A stretch of 64,000 nucleotides of DNA from contig CM052816.1 in NCBI GenBank assembly GCA_028534125.1, positions 60,080,001-60,144,000 of the forward strand, in the 5' to 3' direction. Below, one piece after another: positions 62,820 to 64,000 of this stretch. The notes under the pieces were generated by a model. The model did not search any database. It was not told the DNA's origin and saw only the letters and a program-made list of their open reading frames with translations. This DNA comes from Lama glama (lineage: Eukaryota). The position numbers were made by a program, and so were the translations under genes. The first letter of the stretch is position 1. The number at the start of each line of letters is the position of its first letter.

Positions 62820-64000
62820 TTAGTCTAGATTCCAGTTGCTCTGGTCATCCAAAAACCTGGGCATCATTCTTGACACCTCTCTCTCACTCTCTCTGGCTCC
62901 CACCCCACATCCAATCTATCAGGAAACTCCATTGGCCCTATTTTCAAAATATATCTCAATTCTGCCCAATTTTCACCACTTCTGCTACTATCTATAACCC
63001 TGGTCCAAGCCACATCATCTCTCGATTACTGAAATAACTTCCCCAGGGTCTCTTTTCCACCTTTGCTCCCCTGCAGTCCACACAACAGCCTATGAACACT
63101 GGTGTGCATATATTAGGATACTTCGATATCCTGACTTTTTAAATTTATTTTTATTGAAATATAATCACTTTACAATGTTGTGCTGGCGTACAGCATAGTG
63201 ATTCAGTTATATATATGCATATATTCTTTTTCATATTCTTTTCCATTATAGTCTATTACAAGATAATAAATATATTTTCCTGTGCTATATAGTAGTACCT
63301 TGTTGTTTATCTATTTTTGTATATAGCAGTGTGTATCTGCTAATCCCAAACTCCTAATTTATCCCCCACCTTTTCCCCTTTGGTAACCAAAATCTGTTTT
63401 CTATGTCTGTGAGTCTCTTTCTGTTTTGTAAATAAGTTTATTTGTATCATATTTTAGATTCCACATATAAATGATATAATATAGTATTTGTCTTTCTCTT
63501 TCTGATTAACTTTGCTTAGAATGATGATCTCTAGGTCCATCCACATTGCTGCAAATGGCATTATTTCATTCCTTTTTATGCTGAGTAATATTCCATTGTG
63601 TTTATGTATGTGTGTGTATATATACACACACACCACACCTTCTTTATCCATTCATCTGTTGATGGACATTTAGGTTTCTTCCATGTCTTGGCAATTGTAA
63701 ATAGTGCTGCTATGAACACTGGTGTGCATATATCAGGATACTCTGAAACTAAGTCAGATAGTGTCCTTTCTCTGCTGGAAACTCTCCAATGGCTCCCCAT
63801 CTTACTCAGAGGAAAAGCCATAATCCTTCCACTGCCTTATAAGATCCTACACAGGCTTGCCTCATCACTTGGCCTTATCTCCTCCTACTCTCAGCCTCAT
63901 TCAGTTACTCACTCCAGCCACACTGGCCTCCTCATCCTCCTTGAGCTGACCTGGACCATTCCTGCCTCAAGGACTTTCTTAAAGGCAGTTCCCTTGGCCT
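62820..64000 (+). mobile_element. L2 relic interrupted by an L1 (pieces ~62820-63089 and ~63743-64000)
   Basis: CCAAAAACCTGGGCATCATTCTTGACACCTCTCTCTC...CACATCCAATCTATCAG...GGTCCAAGCCACATCATCTCTC. Resumes AAGTCAGATAGTGTC...CTCCAATGGCTCCCCATC...CACTCCAGCCACACTGGCCTCCT. Confidence 0.8.
63136..63734 (-). mobile_element. 5'-truncated L1 3' end (artiodactyl type)
   Basis: T-rich tail at 63136-63153. ORFs 63454-63651 (NEIMPFAAMWMDLEIIILSKVNQKEKDKY) and 63576-63821 (CTPVFIAALFTIAKTWKKPKCPSTDEWIKK). Confidence 0.92.

Overview
Mammalian (placental) non-coding DNA. A tRNA-derived SINE matching my recollection of the camelid Vic-1 family (11633-11775) and camelid-type L1 3' ends point to a camel, alpaca or llama genome. 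I found no recognisable protein-coding exon, RNA gene, CRISPR array or CpG island. The ORF track consists of chance ORFs and decayed L1 ORF2 pieces. Much of the window is interspersed repeats: L1 of several ages, L2, MIR, MaLR/ERVL/ERV1 solo LTRs and hAT MITEs. There is a 100-N assembly gap at 61853-61952. L1 orientation bias weakly suggests an intron of a minus-strand gene, which I could not identify. Four structures are not explained by ordinary repeat annotation: (i) a ~110-bp, ~83% identical inverted repeat at 20418-20940 whose arms each carry a 3' splice site leading to a GTAAGT donor; (ii) an L1 flanked by an ~82-bp duplication (18194-19626); (iii) an L1 whose 5' junction is copied as a 33-bp direct repeat beyond its poly(A) end (63090-63742); (iv) a ~90-bp local duplication of apparently unique sequence (43081 and 44430). 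A twin-primed 5'-inverted L1 and a strong CTCF-like site are also present. Repeat subfamily names come from memory of consensus sequences, not a database search. Boundaries of old repeats are approximate.
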